From positions 38,566,001 through 38,630,000 of the forward strand of contig CM097885.1 of the NCBI GenBank assembly GCA_044892525.1: a stretch of DNA of 64,000 nucleotides. Direction: 5' to 3'. The position numbers and the translations under genes were made by a program. The first letter of the stretch is position 1. Each line of letters begins with the position of its first letter. Origin of the DNA: Schmidtea polychroa. Its lineage: Eukaryota. Below the pieces are notes generated by a model, which saw only the letters and a list, made by a program, of their open reading frames with translations, searched no databases and had not been told where the DNA came from. Shown here in pieces: positions 62,801 to 64,000 of this stretch.

Positions 62801-64000
62801 TTTTTTTATAAATCATTTATATTAACATTGTATTTATTAAAAGGCTTGACTATGAATCAGTAAATATATCGATGTTTTTGATATTCATATTAAAGCTATA
62901 ACTATTCAAATAAGCGTTATGATTAGATAATATTTTATATTGAGCCTTAAAATAAAGATTTATTTTACACAAGTCGTTGAAATTTTTCAAAAACTATATC
63001 TTGATATAAATAGGCATTACATCTAAAAGACTAAATAAATATGTGTAATGAAAAATATTTTCATATAAAACATTGCCTCCAGTTGGACTGGATGCTTCGC
63101 GCGGATATTAATTGCCTGATTCTTTTTCTCTCATGTTTCCTGGACACGGCTTGGTTGGTTTTCTGTACTTTTGGATAGAAGGGGTTGCCTGATTATAAGC
63201 AGTACCAAAACTCATGTCATGAGTATCCCAGAACTTTGACGGCGCCCGCATCTACTTGACTACCGGCCCTAAACTCAATCAGTCGTTGAGCCTGTTTCCA
63301 AATTGTGATCTTTCGGTTTATTATCGAGACTTGATCCTCAATTCTCGATTTCTCCAATGCCTCAATCTGCCGATATAATTTTTTTACGTAGTCGGGACAG
63401 AACCATGTCGATCCCATCCATTTACAATGGTCCATCAAGGCTTCTTCCAGGTGCGCTTTCTTGACCATCTCATTAGTGTAACGAGCCATGTCTTTTAGAA
63501 ACTTTTCCATCGAGGTATCAACTGAAAATCATAATAGTCAATATAATTTAGCGTGCATAGCACTGATTATAACAGCAAATGTTGTATCAAATTATAGATA
63601 AATAATATTATTCTAAAACGACATAATTGTATGAAAATTAATTTTTAAAAATGATAAATTTCGGTCTTCTTTTTATAATATTTTTCAATAAAAATATATT
63701 TTAAATTTAACAAAATTTCTAATTAATCTTTAAGAATCTTTTAACTTCCTCATACTCGCAATTTATATAGAATGTTAAGTACAAAAATGAAGAAAATAAA
63801 ACCGTTATAAATATACTGAATATGATGAAATTTAAAGCCAATGTCTCTTCTTTTTATCTTTTTATTTATTAACTCGAATTGAGAATATTAACTAATAATG
63901 CTATGCTCAAAACACCTCAAACCTCGTGTTACTCTCTTTTAATATCATACAAAAAACTGTTCTCAGTTTAAATCAAATGTTATACTATTTATTCAAATAA

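Overview
AT-rich eukaryotic (invertebrate) genomic DNA. The (AAT)n tracts, a 45-nt intron and the TE spectrum suggest a planarian-like flatworm, but this is inference only. One host gene runs on the minus strand across most of the window: a FAM234-family FG-GAP/beta-propeller membrane protein with 7 phase-compatible exons from ~59961 down to 9053; its last exon was not found. Its ~40-kb first intron holds a four-tier transposon nest. A decayed Mutator (MULE) transposon is split by a Ty3/Gypsy element with 266-bp LTRs (TSD CCAGC). That element's integrase is split by a giant Ty3/Gypsy element (22975-51601; ~835-bp LTRs, TSD GATA, tRNA-Trp PBS). The giant element's gag is in turn broken by a ~10.5-kb non-coding foldback with 3.3-kb inverted arms. 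The giant element is the main find. One reading frame carries Gag (4 zinc knuckles), two helical + ubiquitin-like modules, a Bcl-2-like domain, a chuvirus-G-like envelope protein, then PR-RT-RNase H-IN, so env lies between gag and protease. After integrase come two intact extra ORFs: an FN3-like type I membrane protein ending in a PDZ-binding motif, and a DEDDh (REX4/ISG20-like) exonuclease. There is also an antisense ORF near the PBS. The rest of the window holds MITEs and decayed piggyBac, hAT, pogo, Tc1 and Penelope copies, one with a hammerhead ribozyme. All domain calls come from motif reading by eye, not database searches.
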